Of a stretch of 55,613 nucleotides of DNA, positions 1 to 11,637 are shown in pieces (the first letter of the stretch is position 1; each line of letters opens with the position of its first letter). A program made the translations under genes and the position numbers. Origin of the DNA: a virus (taxonomy: Duplodnaviria > Heunggongvirae > Uroviricota > Caudoviricetes). Location of the stretch: the IMG/VR virus record IMGVR_UViG_2744054912_000007; one strand, written 5' to 3'. The notes beneath the pieces are model-generated. The model made no database searches, was not told the origin of the DNA, and saw only the letters and a list, made by a program, of their open reading frames with translations.

Positions 1-234
1 ATGAAATCAAAAGACACCCTAAAGTGGTTCCCTGCGCAGCTTCCTGAAGTAAGAATTATCCTAGGGGATGCTGTAGTGGAAGTAGCAAAACAGGGAAGAC
101 CTATCAATACCAGAACATTGCTTGATTACATTGAAGGAAACATAAAGAAAAAATCATGGCTGGATAACAAAGAATTATTACAAACAGCGATATCAGTTCT
201 TAAAGACAACCAAAATTTAAATGGTAAAATGTAA
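1..234 (+). CDS. ynaE: YnaE/YdfK-family small prophage protein (77 aa)
   Basis: Complete ORF from M at position 1 to TAA at 232-234. The sequence MKSKDTLKWFPAQLPEV...NQNLNGKM matches my recollection of the YnaE/YdfK paralogs that sit next to pin in Rac/Qin. Confidence 0.6.
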   Translation: MKSKDTLKWFPAQLPEVRIILGDAVVEVAKQGRPINTRTLLDYIEGNIKKKSWLDNKELLQTAISVLKDNQNLNGKM

Positions 235-550
235 TATAATAAACTTACTTTTTTATCATTTTTCCACTTTAACAACATTTTGCTCCACTTTTCCACGACC
301 AAACAACTTGAAATCTGGTTAAAATAACACGCAACACTATTCTTCTTCCTTGAGTCCGCCCGGAACTCGAAAAACAAACCGAGTTAAAGCCATTTTTCAC
401 AAAATCGATTTTGGGTCTCACCAAAATTACGGGGTTGCATACGCATTCGTTTATTTTCGAACGTGTACATACAAATATGCACAAAAATAATCATAATTAT
501 TTTCTGAGATGCATTATGATATGAACACCAATTTCGTATAGAGTCTCACT

Positions 551-1141
551 ATGTCTCAAATTTTTGCTTACTGTCGGATATCAACGCTGGATCAGACCAC
601 CGAAAATCAACGCCGGGAAATCGAAAGTGCAGGTTTTAAAATCAAACCTCAGCAAATAATCGAAGAACACATTAGTGGCTCAGCAGCAACCAGTGAGCGT
701 CCTGGTTTTAACCGGTTGCTTGCTCGCCTGAAATGTGGTGATCAATTGATTGTGACAAAACTGGATCGCCTTGGTTGTAATGCAATGGATATCAGGAAAA
801 CAGTGGAACAACTGACCGAAACAGGTATCAGAGTGCATTGCTTAGCATTGGGGGGCATTGACCTGACCAGTCCAACAGGAAAAATGATGATGCAAGTAAT
901 TTCAGCAGTCGCTGAATTTGAACGAGACCTTTTACTTGAACGCACTCATTCCGGGATAGTAAGAGCCCGCGGCGCAGGGAAACGTTTTGGTCGACCACCT
1001 GTGTTAAATGAAGAACAGAAACAGGTGGTATTCGAACGAATTAAGTCAGGTGTAAGTATAAGTGCCATTGCCCGGGAATTCAAAACCTCGCGGCAAACCA
1101 TTTTAAGAGCCAAAGCAAAACTTCAGACACCTGACATATAA
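551..1141 (+). CDS. pinR: Serine recombinase, DNA invertase Pin (Hin/Gin/Cin family), 196 aa
   Basis: N-terminal catalytic serine context ([10 protein letters not shown]) and C-terminal HTH (GRPP...SISAIAREF) typical of DNA invertases. It is convergent with tfa as in Rac, and the length equals K-12 PinR. Confidence 0.9.
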   Translation: MSQIFAYCRISTLDQTTENQRREIESAGFKIKPQQIIEEHISGSAATSERPGFNRLLARLKCGDQLIVTKLDRLGCNAMDIRKTVEQLTETGIRVHCLALGGIDLTSPTGKMMMQVISAVAEFERDLLLERTHSGIVRARGAGKRFGRPPVLNEEQKQVVFERIKSGVSISAIAREFKTSRQTILRAKAKLQTPDI

Positions 1142-1238
1142 AAAATAATCTCGGTGTGAGATGCTTTACGTCTTCCAAGCCCCCTTCCTTGCCGTAAATG
1201 GAAAGATACATCTAATTATAGAATTTATATGTTTTACC

Positions 1239-1814
1239 CTACGGCAGTGCTGGCCATTCAATATCCTGTGAAGTTGACGTATCAACACGGTTCAGCAATA
1301 CCCGATACTTTTTCCATGCTTCCAGCAACGAGATTTCTTCCTCCGTTGCAATTTCCAGATCTGCAGCATCCTGAAGCGGCGCAATATGCTCACTGGCTAC
1401 CTGCATCAGGTTGTTTTTTGTTTCTTCCGCCTCCCGGATCCGGAACAGTTTTTCTGCTTCCGTATCCTTCACCCAGGCTGTGCCGTTCCACTTCTGAAAC
1501 TCCCCTTCCGGCGATAACCAGGTAACATTTTCCGGTAACGGACCGAGTTCAGAAATAAATAACGCGTCGCCGGAAGCCACGTCATAAACCGTTTTACCCC
1601 GATGATCTTCAACGAGATGCCACGATGCCTCATCACTGTTGAAAACAGCCACGAAGCCTGCCGGAATATCTGGCGGTGCAATATCGGTACTGTTTGCTGG
1701 CAGACCTGTATGAGGCGGAATATATGCATCACCTTCACCAATAAATTCATTAGTTCCGGCCAGCAGATTATAAATTGTTATGGTCCGTGGTTGTTCACTC
1801 ATTCTGAATACCAT
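1239..1814 (-). CDS. tfaR: Tail fiber assembly protein (Tfa), 191 aa
   Basis: Lies immediately downstream of the side tail fiber gene with start/stop overlap at 1814. The size and position match lambda-like Tfa chaperones. Confidence 0.85.
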   Translation of the reverse strand: MVFRMSEQPRTITIYNLLAGTNEFIGEGDAYIPPHTGLPANSTDIAPPDIPAGFVAVFNSDEASWHLVEDHRGKTVYDVASGDALFISELGPLPENVTWLSPEGEFQKWNGTAWVKDTEAEKLFRIREAEETKNNLMQVASEHIAPLQDAADLEIATEEEISLLEAWKKYRVLLNRVDTSTSQDIEWPALP

Positions 1815-4800
1815 TATGCAAGCCTCACAATATAGTTAAATGCGATGTTTTTGACGGTGTTTTCCGCGTTACCAGCAGCGTTAACGGTGATGGTGTGTCC
1901 ATGTGAGCCAATCGCAACCGAGTGCGTATGAGCACCAATACCCACAGTATGTGCGTGTGCACCTGCGCTTGCAGCAGTACCCGATACAGAGTGCGTATGA
2001 GCGCCTGCAGAAGAAGTGTTAACACTGTATTTAGAATAATCAGATGCTCCACTTCCCGGAGCACCACTGGAACCACCTGAAACAAATGTCATCGAATGGG
2101 TATGTGCACCGGCTGAAGCAGCCGTACCGCTAACACTATGGGTATGCGCCCCGGTGTTATTCGTGGATTTAGTGCCGTAATCAAACGACGATGTGTTTTT
2201 CGTCCCCAAATCCGTACTGGATGCGCTGGCGCTGTGGGTGTGCGATTTAATGCCGTCCTGTTCCTGAGATAATACGGCTCGACCACTGGCAGGTTTGCCC
2301 TTAATCGTCCAGCCACGCATATCAGGGATCACGCCTGACGGATAAGCGGCTGCAAGTTTTGGGTAGGCAGATTTGTCAAAAGTCTGCCCCTGCATCAGGG
2401 CATAACCAGACGGAACGGTATCTGATGGCCACGGGATTGGTGCACCGACTGGATAAAACTCTGCAGGAGGATGAGCCGAGGTGTAAAGCTGCGCCCAACC
2501 ACTTTCAAAACCATAACCGTCTCTTGAAGAACGGTAGAACAGACCACCATTTCTGTAATGCGCCTTCATCTGCAAGGTCCGGCAACTTCCGACTCCGGTA
2601 TAGAAGTTAACCAGAATATAGCTGTCGCCAGAGCGGGTGACATTGTAAGCGCCTGATTCGGCATTCCATGGAACGCCCCCATCCGCATCGGCATACGCAT
2701 CCGTTGCTCTTCTGGCAAAAGCAGCCACATGCGCGGCGGTTAAAGTGATATCAGTAGAACCATCAAATGGAACACCGGATATTTTTCTTGCAGTCTGAAG
2801 TTTTGTAGCAGTTGCAGCATTACCAGTGGTGTTCTGATTACCCGTAGTGTTTACACCTGGAAGGTTAATATTTGCAGAACCGTCGAAAACAACTCCACCG
2901 ATAGATCTTGCCGTCTGCAATTTCGTGGCTGTACTTGCATTACCATTCAATGAACCAGTTAATCCACCTGTAACAGACAACGGACCTGAAACTGTTCCTC
3001 CGGTTGTTGGCAGTGCTCCAATATCTAACGGCGTCGGTTTCTGATGTGTGCTATACATCGTATAAACAACACCATCGGTAACGCTGGAAGGCTTACTCGC
3101 TGAATATGTTGGCGATGTATAAATAGAAACTGTCGCATTTGCAGTACAATCCCAATGGATATTTACACGAGTCGCATAATTGCCAATCTCAACGTAAATA
3201 TCATATGTATCGCCGGATGTGTTGATCCAGGCGAAATTCGTTAATCCGACGGCTGTACGCTTCCACAAAGCCCCGGTAATTCCTTTGGGGTTTCCATTGC
3301 CTGCTCGTAGAACCAGTTCTGAAATGCCTGCCTGATGTGGGGAACCGACGTTGTAACCAGCGCCACCAATCAATGCGATGTAAACGATGGAACTCGCTTG
3401 TGGCATGGTAACCGTAGCCAGTTTGAACCACCCAGCCCCGCCAGAGAAAGACATCGTTACTGAATTTAAAGTACCAATATCTTTCGGCGTTAATGTTATA
3501 TCCGCAGTCAGTGCTTTTCCGTTAACTTTTCGGTTAGATGGCACCCTGCTATTCGCATTGTCATTGGCTGCTTTAACTGCTTTTGGCGTTGCGGCCAGCG
3601 ATTCACTGGTGCTATCAACAGCACTGCTAAGTTTCACAACACCTTTAGTTGTAAGGCTTGCGTCTTCCATCGCAACTGCACCGGCAATCTCTTCAGCACG
3701 ATCAGCAGCAGCTTCCGCACGGGTCGCAGCGGATTCAGCAGCAGTTTTGCTCTGAGATGCTGCCGTCGCACTGCCTGCCGCCTCTGTTGCTTTCGTGGAT
3801 GCCGTCGTGGCGCTGCCCTTCGCTGCTGACGCCTGTCTGGTCGCCTCATCTTTTGAAGCAGACGCAGATGATGCCGATGACGCTGCCGAACTGGCGGACG
3901 ATGCGGCTGCCGTTTTTGAGGATTCTGCACGGGTTTCCGACGCTTTCGCATTCGTTTCGGATGTCTTCGCTGCGGAAGCAGACCTCGCTGCTGCGCTGGC
4001 CTGTACAGCGGCTTCGCCAGCCTTCGTTGTGGCTGTTGAAGCGGACGATGCAGCACTTTCTGCCGATTTTCCGGCGGCGGTGGCACTGGCTGAGGCCTGC
4101 CCGGCACTTGTTGACGCGGCACTGGCAGACGACGCAGCCGCTGTTTTTGAGCCTGCCGCAGCTGAGGCACTCTGTCCCGCTGCCGTTTCAGAAGCCTTGG
4201 CGTTCGTCTCGGACGTTTTTGCCGCCTTCGCAGAATTTGCTGTCGCCGTTGCCGAGGAAGCTGCGCTGCTGGCGCTCGAGGCTGCGCTCGTTTCTGATGA
4301 TTTTGCCGCCTCTTTTGAAGCCGACGCATCCCGGGCTGAGGTGGCAGCTTCTGACGCTTTCGTGGTCGCGGTGGATGCTGAAGTGGCTGCTGATTGTTGT
4401 GACGCTGCCGCATTCGTTTCTGACGTTTTTGCCGCAGCGGCACTGGTGGCCGCCGCGCTTTTTGAGGACTCTGCAGCGGCAGCACTTTTTGATGCTTCAG
4501 TGGCCTTTGCTGATGCCGTTCCTGCGCTGGAAGACGCTGACTGAGCCGACGACGCGGCCTGTCCGGCTGACGTGCTGGCTGCGCGTGCTGAGCCTGCAGC
4601 ATCAGTCGCATGGGTTGCCGCCTCACGGGCAGATGTGCTGGCATCACTGGCTGACTTCTTCGCGGCTGCCGTGTTCTGTGCCACTGCGGACGCGTTACGC
4701 GCCACCTCTTCCACCATCAGTTCAAAACGGCGCAGTGCCTCTGGCCGGACATCATCCTCCGTCATTGCACCGAGGAAATCATTCAGTGTGCCCGGCTTTG

Positions 4801-5041
4801 AGTCCTCATATACGGTGATAATCCCGGCGTGTGACGGCGGGAATCCCTCCACCAACAGACTGACGCTGTACTGACCATACTCGACGTCCATTGTGTAACG
4901 CCCGGCTTCATCCGGGTTTTCTGAGGCCACTGTGTTCACCACCACCGTGGTGCTGTTGCGCCTGGCCTTTAGCTGAATGGTGCAGTTTTGTATCGGCTTA
5001 CCTGCGCCATCTTTCAGTACACCTGAAATCCGTACTGCCAT
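1814..5041 (-). CDS. stfR: Side tail fiber protein (Stf), 1075 aa
   Basis: Long protein with an Ala/Ser/Thr-rich repetitive central region and a C-terminal His/Gly-rich receptor-binding region, located between lom and tfa. Confidence 0.85.
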   Translation of the reverse strand: MAVRISGVLKDGAGKPIQNCTIQLKARRNSTTVVVNTVASENPDEAGRYTMDVEYGQYSVSLLVEGFPPSHAGIITVYEDSKPGTLNDFLGAMTEDDVRPEALRRFELMVEEVARNASAVAQNTAAAKKSASDASTSAREAATHATDAAGSARAASTSAGQAASSAQSASSSAGTASAKATEASKSAAAAESSKSAAATSAAAAKTSETNAAASQQSAATSASTATTKASEAATSARDASASKEAAKSSETSAASSASSAASSATATANSAKAAKTSETNAKASETAAGQSASAAAGSKTAAASSASAASTSAGQASASATAAGKSAESAASSASTATTKAGEAAVQASAAARSASAAKTSETNAKASETRAESSKTAAASSASSAASSASSASASKDEATRQASAAKGSATTASTKATEAAGSATAASQSKTAAESAATRAEAAADRAEEIAGAVAMEDASLTTKGVVKLSSAVDSTSESLAATPKAVKAANDNANSRVPSNRKVNGKALTADITLTPKDIGTLNSVTMSFSGGAGWFKLATVTMPQASSIVYIALIGGAGYNVGSPHQAGISELVLRAGNGNPKGITGALWKRTAVGLTNFAWINTSGDTYDIYVEIGNYATRVNIHWDCTANATVSIYTSPTYSASKPSSVTDGVVYTMYSTHQKPTPLDIGALPTTGGTVSGPLSVTGGLTGSLNGNASTATKLQTARSIGGVVFDGSANINLPGVNTTGNQNTTGNAATATKLQTARKISGVPFDGSTDITLTAAHVAAFARRATDAYADADGGVPWNAESGAYNVTRSGDSYILVNFYTGVGSCRTLQMKAHYRNGGLFYRSSRDGYGFESGWAQLYTSAHPPAEFYPVGAPIPWPSDTVPSGYALMQGQTFDKSAYPKLAAAYPSGVIPDMRGWTIKGKPASGRAVLSQEQDGIKSHTHSASASSTDLGTKNTSSFDYGTKSTNNTGAHTHSVSGTAASAGAHTHSMTFVSGGSSGAPGSGASDYSKYSVNTSSAGAHTHSVSGTAASAGAHAHTVGIGAHTHSVAIGSHGHTITVNAAGNAENTVKNIAFNYIVRLA
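3660..4650 (-). repeat. Ala/Ser/Thr-rich low-complexity coding repeats inside stf
   Basis: Translated region about residues 130-460 of Stf is reiterated SASSA/TATTKA-like units. The GC-rich repeats create long spurious ORFs in other frames and on the opposite strand. Confidence 0.7.
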
Positions 5042-5105
5042 ATTCCCCCCACAAAAAAGCCCGCCTGAACCGGCGGGCTGTCATAACACTGTGTTACCTG
5101 GCTAA

Positions 5106-5705
5106 TCAGAATTTATAACCGACACCAACGATGAAACTGTTGGTACGCCAGTCACCGCTGCCGGAGCCTTCATAAGCGACGTCAACGGCCACGGATTCGG
5201 TCGGGTTAAACTGCACGCCAGCTCCCCACGCCAGAGACGTGTTGCTGTGGCGACCGTCATCACTTCCGGTCAGCACATCGTGCGTTTTCCCCTTGTTGTC
5301 AGTTACGCGGATATAATCCCCGGAGAAAGTCGACACACGGCTGTAAGCCATACCCGCCATCGCATACGCGCTGAACCATTCATTCACGCGCACAGACGGC
5401 CCCGCCATCACGCTGAACCAGCGATTACGCACGGAATCCTCATGCCAGCGGGTATCGCTGTAATGCGTTTTTTGCTCATCTTCAGCGTTGGCATAACTGA
5501 ATGACGTAATCAGCCCCAGCGTGTCCGTAAACTCATAACGGTATTTCACGTTAATCCCGTTCAGATTTTCGCTGCCGGGAGCGTTCGTACGGGCATGAAG
5601 ATACCCTGCGCTCAGTGTGGCCTGCTGCTCAGACGCCCATGCAGGCGCACCGGATACGGCCAGACAGATGGCTGCGGACAAAATGGCTGCACAAACTTTA
5701 CGCAT
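5106..5705 (-). CDS. lomR: Lom/Ail-family outer membrane beta-barrel protein (199 aa)
   Basis: Signal peptide followed by alternating aromatic/hydrophobic beta-strand pattern and a terminal YKF. It sits between J and stf exactly as lom does in lambda. Confidence 0.8.
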   Translation of the reverse strand: MRKVCAAILSAAICLAVSGAPAWASEQQATLSAGYLHARTNAPGSENLNGINVKYRYEFTDTLGLITSFSYANAEDEQKTHYSDTRWHEDSVRNRWFSVMAGPSVRVNEWFSAYAMAGMAYSRVSTFSGDYIRVTDNKGKTHDVLTGSDDGRHSNTSLAWGAGVQFNPTESVAVDVAYEGSGSGDWRTNSFIVGVGYKF

Positions 5706-5772
5706 AATTACCTCTCGCTTTTCTGCAATAAAAAAGGCGCCATTTCTGGCGCCCGTATATGGGTTATAAAAT

Positions 5773-8700
5773 TCAGCTGATACTGATGCCTGCGGTGGCT
5801 TTCTTCATCACCACAACCAGCAAATCGCTGATACTTGCTGTGGGATACCAGTCATTTACCAGCCATGCTGACACCGAAAACTCCAGCGTCATGTGGCCGT
5901 GACCAGCTGGCATATCAATAACACCACTGTAAATCAGCGTATTATCCAGCGCGGTACGGTTATAAATTTCAGCACCATTTTTCTTCACTATCAGGCGGCA
6001 TGAGGAGTAAATATCAGTATGCTCTCTCTCATGTTTAGCACCGCTGAATGCCACCGCCGGAATAACAATCTGCCGGTCAAACGGCTGATCGTCATAAATC
6101 CTGACGGTAATGGTCCCTGATGGCCACCGCTCCGGTGCCCGGGAGTCCCGCGGGAAAGCCTTACCCACTGTTTTGACAATATCGCCTTCAATCTGGTTGG
6201 CTGACAGTTTCCCTTTAATCTGACAGTTCTCATTTATCGTAACGTTGTTGAGCGTCCCGGCGTTCGCATTCACACTGCCACTGATATCTGCATTTTTAGC
6301 GGTCAGCTTTCCGTCCGGTGTCATGGAAAATGCAGGAGGATTACCGCCGCTGGTAATGGTCGGAGCCGTCAGGCGTTTCAGGAACACGTCGTTCATGAAT
6401 ATCTGATCGCCCTGACCAACAAACATCGGCTTTGTGTTGCCATTCGCAGGATTAATCATCGCAATCCGATCAGCAGCCAGAAGCACCTGACTCTGCATAC
6501 CTGCTGGCGTATTCTCAATACCGGCTCCGATACCCGCAATATAAAGGCGTCCGTCCTTCATCTGCTGCAGTTTCACGGCCCACATGCTGTTCAGGTTATT
6601 ATTTGTATCAACCTGAACTTTCTGTATCTGCTGGATTGCCGCGCTCTGATTTTCCAGTTTTTTATTGACGGTCTGCGTGATTTCATTGCTGACATTCGTA
6701 ATGGACGTCCTGATTTCAGCCAGGTCAGGCGCAAGCTGACCGTTATCAATCTGCGTCCACAGCTCCTGGGCCAGATGTGTTTTCCCGATTTCTCCTTTGA
6801 AAAAATCCAGGTAACCTTCCGCATCATCGCTCGCCCGACCGACAGCCTCCACGAATGCCGATTTGCCGACTGTGTTCACACTGCGAACGTAAAAATAATA
6901 ATCATGGCCCGGCTTAATATTGATACTGGCGGCTATCCAGTACAGCGCCGTACCAAGATAGCGGGCTGTGGTTTCAACCTGCCTGATATCCGCAATCCGC
7001 GTTTCCGAGAACCAGAACTCAAACTGTACCGTCGGATCATAAACCGCAAGATGCGGCGTGGCAGTTATCTGAAAATAGCCCGGCGTCAGCTCAATCCGCG
7101 ACGGCGCTGCCGGGGCGGCAATCCGGAACGATACCGACGTCGGATCGCCCTGCTGTCCCCACGCATTTACCGCCCGGACCGTCAGCATGTAACGCCCCAG
7201 CGCCAGCTGCCTGAAGCGGTATGTGGTTTCCGTCGTCCGGGCCGTGCTGACCAGCCGCTCACTGCCGTCATCCGCTGTTACGGTCAGACGGAGCAGGAAG
7301 CTCACACCCTTCACCACCTTCGGCGTGTCCCAGCGCGCCAGCACCTGATATTCCCCGCTGTCTGCGGTGACTTCGGCGGTCAGGTGCTGCACCGCTGGCG
7401 GCGTGACACCATTCACCGTGCCGCTCTGGTCACCGTCAAAGTGCGCCCCGTTATCCACGATGGCTTCTTTTTCCGGTACATGCTGCACGGCGGTGATGGC
7501 ATACGTGCCGTCGTCGTTCTCACGGATACTCACGCAGCGGAACAGGCGCTGGCGCAGCGTCGGCAGCTTCAGCCCCCACACGCTGTATTCAGCAACACCG
7601 TCAGGAACACGGCTCACTTTCACCTTCACGCCGTCGGTGACGGACTGAACCTCCACGCTGACCGGATTGCCACTTCCGTCAACCAGGCTTATCAGCGTGG
7701 TACCGGAGGATGGCAGCGTGATTTCACGGTCGAGCGTCAGCGTCCGGGTCTGGCTGTTTACCGCCAGCACGCGCCCGCCGATGCTGATACCCGCATAGTC
7801 ATCATCACAGATTTCAATGACATCGCCCGGCACATGGCGAAGCCCTTCTGCGCCCACGCTGAAGTCCACAGTCTGCGTTTCCAGCAGTTCTGTTTTAATC
7901 AGCCACAGCCCGGCGCGGTGTGCCTGCCCCCGGCTGGTACAGCCAAAAGCATCCATTTTCGTGACGTTACGACCGTAACGGAGAATGGCCTGCGTATCTT
8001 CAACAAGCTCTGTCGCCGTCTCCCAGCCGTTATTCGGGTCAATCCAGTTCACCTCAACGGCATTATGGCGGTCCTTCAGGGCGCTGAAGCTGTAGCGGAA
8101 CGGCGCACCATCATCCGGCATCACCACATTACTGCGGTTATAGGTCCACACCTTATCCGACGGTCGGTCCTGCACGAACGTCAGCGTCTGCCCGTTCCAT
8201 ACCGGCATACAGCGCATCGCAGAGCAGAAATCACTGAGCACATCCCACGCCTTGCGCTGTGTGGTCAGGTACGCATTACAGGTGATGCGCGGCTCCGTGC
8301 CGCCAAAACCGTCCGGCACCGACTGATCGCAATGCTGGCCGATGACATACAGCGCCCATTTGTCCACATCCGCCGCACCAAGACGTTTCCCCATGCCGTA
8401 GCGCGGATGGGTCAGCATATCCCACAGACACCAGGCCATGTTGTTGCTGTATGCTGGCTTAAACGTTCCGTCCCAGATACCGCTGTATTGCCGCGTCTGC
8501 GGGTTATAGTTCGACGGCACCTGCAGAATACGCCCGCGCAGATGATAATTACGGCTCACCTGCTGGCTGCCGAACTGCTCCGAGTCCACCTGCACGCTGA
8601 CCAGTGCCGTGTTCGGGTAGCCCTGTTTCACATCGATGATTTCGGTGTATGACGACCAGAGCGTTTTGTTCTGCAGCTGGTCTGTGGTGCTGTCCGGCGT

Positions 8701-9252
8701 CATCCTGCGCATCCGGATATTAAACGGGCGCGGCGGCAGGTTATCCACCACCACCGAGGCCAGATACTGCGAGGTGGTTTTGCCCTTAATGGTGATGTCT
8801 TTTTCCGTCACCCAGCCACCGTTACGCTGTATCTGAACCAGCAGGCGGACTTCCGACGGATTCCGGTCCCCCTTTGAGGTGGTTTCCACCAGTGCCTGCA
8901 CACCGAAGGTAAAGCGCAGACGGTCGATGTTTGCCGACGTGATGGTCCGGGTGATCGGCGTGTCATATTTCACTTCCGTACCCAGCACCGTCTCGGAGCC
9001 GGAGGATTCAAATCCCTCCGGCGGTGTCTGCTCCTGCTCACCTGCCCGGAACACCACCGTGACACCGGATATATTGGTATTCCCCTCACTGTCCAGCACC
9101 GGCGTACTGTTCAGCAGCACGCTTTTTAATCCGTCCACCGGACCTTCAATCGGCCCTTCGCTGATGGCATCAATCGCACTCAACAGCTGCGTGGATTTCA
9201 GGTTATCTTTCGCTTCGCGCGGGGTATGCCCCTTACTGCTGCCTTTACCCAT
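5773..9252 (-). CDS. Tail tip host specificity protein J (1159 aa)
   Basis: Size and position downstream of I/K/L/M match lambda J (central tail fiber). Confidence 0.85.
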   Translation of the reverse strand: MGKGSSKGHTPREAKDNLKSTQLLSAIDAISEGPIEGPVDGLKSVLLNSTPVLDSEGNTNISGVTVVFRAGEQEQTPPEGFESSGSETVLGTEVKYDTPITRTITSANIDRLRFTFGVQALVETTSKGDRNPSEVRLLVQIQRNGGWVTEKDITIKGKTTSQYLASVVVDNLPPRPFNIRMRRMTPDSTTDQLQNKTLWSSYTEIIDVKQGYPNTALVSVQVDSEQFGSQQVSRNYHLRGRILQVPSNYNPQTRQYSGIWDGTFKPAYSNNMAWCLWDMLTHPRYGMGKRLGAADVDKWALYVIGQHCDQSVPDGFGGTEPRITCNAYLTTQRKAWDVLSDFCSAMRCMPVWNGQTLTFVQDRPSDKVWTYNRSNVVMPDDGAPFRYSFSALKDRHNAVEVNWIDPNNGWETATELVEDTQAILRYGRNVTKMDAFGCTSRGQAHRAGLWLIKTELLETQTVDFSVGAEGLRHVPGDVIEICDDDYAGISIGGRVLAVNSQTRTLTLDREITLPSSGTTLISLVDGSGNPVSVEVQSVTDGVKVKVSRVPDGVAEYSVWGLKLPTLRQRLFRCVSIRENDDGTYAITAVQHVPEKEAIVDNGAHFDGDQSGTVNGVTPPAVQHLTAEVTADSGEYQVLARWDTPKVVKGVSFLLRLTVTADDGSERLVSTARTTETTYRFRQLALGRYMLTVRAVNAWGQQGDPTSVSFRIAAPAAPSRIELTPGYFQITATPHLAVYDPTVQFEFWFSETRIADIRQVETTARYLGTALYWIAASINIKPGHDYYFYVRSVNTVGKSAFVEAVGRASDDAEGYLDFFKGEIGKTHLAQELWTQIDNGQLAPDLAEIRTSITNVSNEITQTVNKKLENQSAAIQQIQKVQVDTNNNLNSMWAVKLQQMKDGRLYIAGIGAGIENTPAGMQSQVLLAADRIAMINPANGNTKPMFVGQGDQIFMNDVFLKRLTAPTITSGGNPPAFSMTPDGKLTAKNADISGSVNANAGTLNNVTINENCQIKGKLSANQIEGDIVKTVGKAFPRDSRAPERWPSGTITVRIYDDQPFDRQIVIPAVAFSGAKHEREHTDIYSSCRLIVKKNGAEIYNRTALDNTLIYSGVIDMPAGHGHMTLEFSVSAWLVNDWYPTASISDLLVVVMKKATAGISIS

Positions 9253-9312
9253 TCGTCATGCTCCATAAACGACAAAACCGCCCGGAGGCGGTTTCACATA
9301 AAACATTTTGCA

Positions 9313-9954
9313 TCAGCGACCAATCACCACAACCTGACCACCGTCCCCTTCGTCTGCCGTGCTGATCTCCTGAGAAACCACCCGCGACCCCACACGCATT
9401 TCACCGTACAGAACAGGCAGAACATTGCCCTGAGCAACCATGTTATCCAGTGAAGAAAAATAGGTATTCTGTTTGCCGTTATCCGTTGTCTGTGTGCGGG
9501 GGGTTTTGGGTTTAGGGGCCAGCATCTGTGCAACACCGCCAAGCGTCATACTGGCACCGAGAGAAAACAGCAGATTACTCGCCATAATTCCTACCCCCGG
9601 CATCCATATAGCAACCGCCATAACAGCCGCCCCCAGCACAGCCTGAAACACACCGCCACTTTTGGCTCCTGCCAGACGCGGCACGATATGGATCACGGCA
9701 CCATTTTCCAGCGGCTCATTAAGACGGGCAGACAATTCGGTTTCACCTGCATCACGCCCGGCAATGCGTACCTGGTACCAGCCGTCGCTCAGTTTCTGAC
9801 GAAATGCCGGGATCTGCATGGCCAGCGCCCGGATGGCTTCGGACCCCGTTTTCACTCGAAGGTCGATGCGGCGGCCAAATCGTTGTAAATCCCCGTAAAG
9901 GCAGATGCGTGCCATGCCCGGTGACGCCAGAGGGAGTGTGTGCGTCGCTGCCAT
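9313..9954 (-). CDS. Tail assembly protein I-like
   Basis: Lies between K and J and overlaps the 3' end of K as in lambda; C-terminal hydrophobic segment. The true start may be an internal Met. Confidence 0.65.
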   Translation of the reverse strand: MAATHTLPLASPGMARICLYGDLQRFGRRIDLRVKTGSEAIRALAMQIPAFRQKLSDGWYQVRIAGRDAGETELSARLNEPLENGAVIHIVPRLAGAKSGGVFQAVLGAAVMAVAIWMPGVGIMASNLLFSLGASMTLGGVAQMLAPKPKTPRTQTTDNGKQNTYFSSLDNMVAQGNVLPVLYGEMRVGSRVVSQEISTADEGDGGQVVVIGR

Positions 9955-10595
9955 TTGTCGGTGTACCTCTCTCGTTTGCTCAGTTGTTCAGGAATATGGT
10001 GCAGCAGCTCGCTGTCACCACAGTAAATGGCGGCATGATTCGGCACCGATGAACCAAAACAGCACAGCAGCACATCGCCCGGCTGCGCCGCTGACAACGG
10101 CACCTGATACAGCCCTGTGGCCTCCAGATTATCCAGATAGAGATTCTGACCGTTACGCCACCAGTCATCCCCGCGATGAAAATCCGGCATCTCAATTCCC
10201 GCCAGATGGTAAGCGTCCCGGAACAGCGTGTAACAGTCCGTTACCCCGTGCTCAAAGCGCCGCCCGGTGAGATGCGGCACACAGCGGAATTTATGAATCG
10301 CCCCCCGGCAGACCAGCCACCACGGCAAATCACTCTGTACCTGCAGCCGCCGGTCGGCCTCACTCAGCCAGGGCAGACCACCGGGGTGGCTGTGGACCAG
10401 CGCCACAATCTCTCCCTGCATTTCTGCACTCAGCCAGTCCTCCGGCGACATCCGGAAATACTCCTCCGGCTCACCGGAGATATTCACGCAGGGAAAATAT
10501 CTTTCCTCCTCCGGCGTTCTCACCACGAAGCCGCACGACTCCGCTGGCGCACATCGCCGGGCGTGCGCCAGAATCGCTGATTCTGTCTCTGTCAT
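9852..10595 (-). CDS. Tail assembly protein K-like (MPN/JAB plus NlpC/P60-type)
   Basis: HSHP motif consistent with a JAB metalloprotease and a Cys/His context consistent with NlpC/P60; lies between L and I. Confidence 0.7.
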   Translation of the reverse strand: MTETESAILAHARRCAPAESCGFVVRTPEEERYFPCVNISGEPEEYFRMSPEDWLSAEMQGEIVALVHSHPGGLPWLSEADRRLQVQSDLPWWLVCRGAIHKFRCVPHLTGRRFEHGVTDCYTLFRDAYHLAGIEMPDFHRGDDWWRNGQNLYLDNLEATGLYQVPLSAAQPGDVLLCCFGSSVPNHAAIYCGDSELLHHIPEQLSKRERYTDKWQRRTHSLWRHRAWHASAFTGIYNDLAAASTFE

Positions 10596-10600
10596 GGGAT

Positions 10601-11299
10601 TTACTGCGAAAGTTTGTTAATGGAAAGGAAGCCGCCAAAGTTGCCGACGTTATTGCGGAACTTACAACCGCTCAGGCATTTGCTGCATTTATCCTTCGTG
10701 ATATCGGACGTCGGCTGGTCATATTCATCCGCGACCGCCGGACCGCTATAACCGCACTCATCGCCGCGATAGGTCCAGGTGCAGGTGTTGGCCAGCATGA
10801 TACGTCCCGGAAAAACAGCGCCATCCGTTTCAGTCGGCGTGGACAGTACAAAAGAGGCACTGACCGCGCTCAGTTCGCTGCACTGCTCGATGCGCCAGCG
10901 GCTGATCACCTCCTGCTCCGGATCGGCTTCGCTGTTTCCGTTGACGAAGTTCACCGCATCCAGAAAGCGGGCGTAAACCTTACGCCGGACCACCGTTCCG
11001 CCGACCAGACTCTGCAGATCTTCCGCCATCCCGGTGATCATGCCGTGCAGGTTAGAGACCGTCAGTGTCGGACGGGCAGCACTGCCCTTGCCGTTCATCT
11101 CAAATCCACTCCCCTGAATGGGATAGGCCTGATACTGCCGACTCTGCCAGGTGACAGACTCACCTTTTTCGTTCTGCTCATTACAGAAAAAGTAGCGATC
11201 CCCGCCTACCTCGGTCAGGTCGATTTCCCAGAGCACCACGCTGGCCGACTGCTCCGCACGAATGCATTCATTCAGCGTTTCCTGTTGTATGTCCTGCAT
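10601..11299 (-). CDS. Minor tail (tail tip) protein L-like
   Basis: 232 aa, between M and K; C-terminal Cys cluster (CSKCLSGC) as in lambda L. Confidence 0.7.
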   Translation of the reverse strand: MQDIQQETLNECIRAEQSASVVLWEIDLTEVGGDRYFFCNEQNEKGESVTWQSRQYQAYPIQGSGFEMNGKGSAARPTLTVSNLHGMITGMAEDLQSLVGGTVVRRKVYARFLDAVNFVNGNSEADPEQEVISRWRIEQCSELSAVSASFVLSTPTETDGAVFPGRIMLANTCTWTYRGDECGYSGPAVADEYDQPTSDITKDKCSKCLSGCKFRNNVGNFGGFLSINKLSQ

Positions 11300-11637
11300 C
11301 AGATCACCACTTCGTCAAACTGACACGAAAAATCGGTATAGGTGATATGTTCTGTCGCTGACCACGTTCGACACACCACTCTGATTTTTCTGTTAATACC
11401 CGGCGGGCGCCAAAAAAAAGATTTATAGCCTTCATGCCGGGCTAAAAATTTTTCAAATGAATCACGTTCATTCGCCTCAACTTTGAAATCACAGGTGAAA
11501 ACGCGCAGAGAATGATTAAGTCCATTTGGACTTCGTTGCTCATAACCATCGCCAAATCTTACAGTTTTTATCGATGGTTTATTTTCTGTTTTCATTCCAT
11601 CCTCTGGTAACCAGTGAAATTCTTCCGTATTAGCCAC
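11299..11637 (-). CDS. Minor tail protein M-like
   Basis: 112 aa ORF directly after the tape measure gene and coupled to L by start/stop overlap. Confidence 0.65.

Noticed and set aside
3634-4818. Long ORFs (337, 386 and 249 aa) overlapping the stf repeat region on both strands
   Set aside because: They are low-complexity Pro/Arg/Gln-rich or Ala/Asp-rich translations of the GC-rich Ala/Ser coding repeats of stf in other frames, with no start or RBS context.
6775-8652. 625-aa ORF antisense to gene J
   Set aside because: It lies entirely inside the J coding region on the opposite strand and is Arg/His-rich with odd composition, which is typical of a spurious antisense ORF in GC-rich coding DNA.
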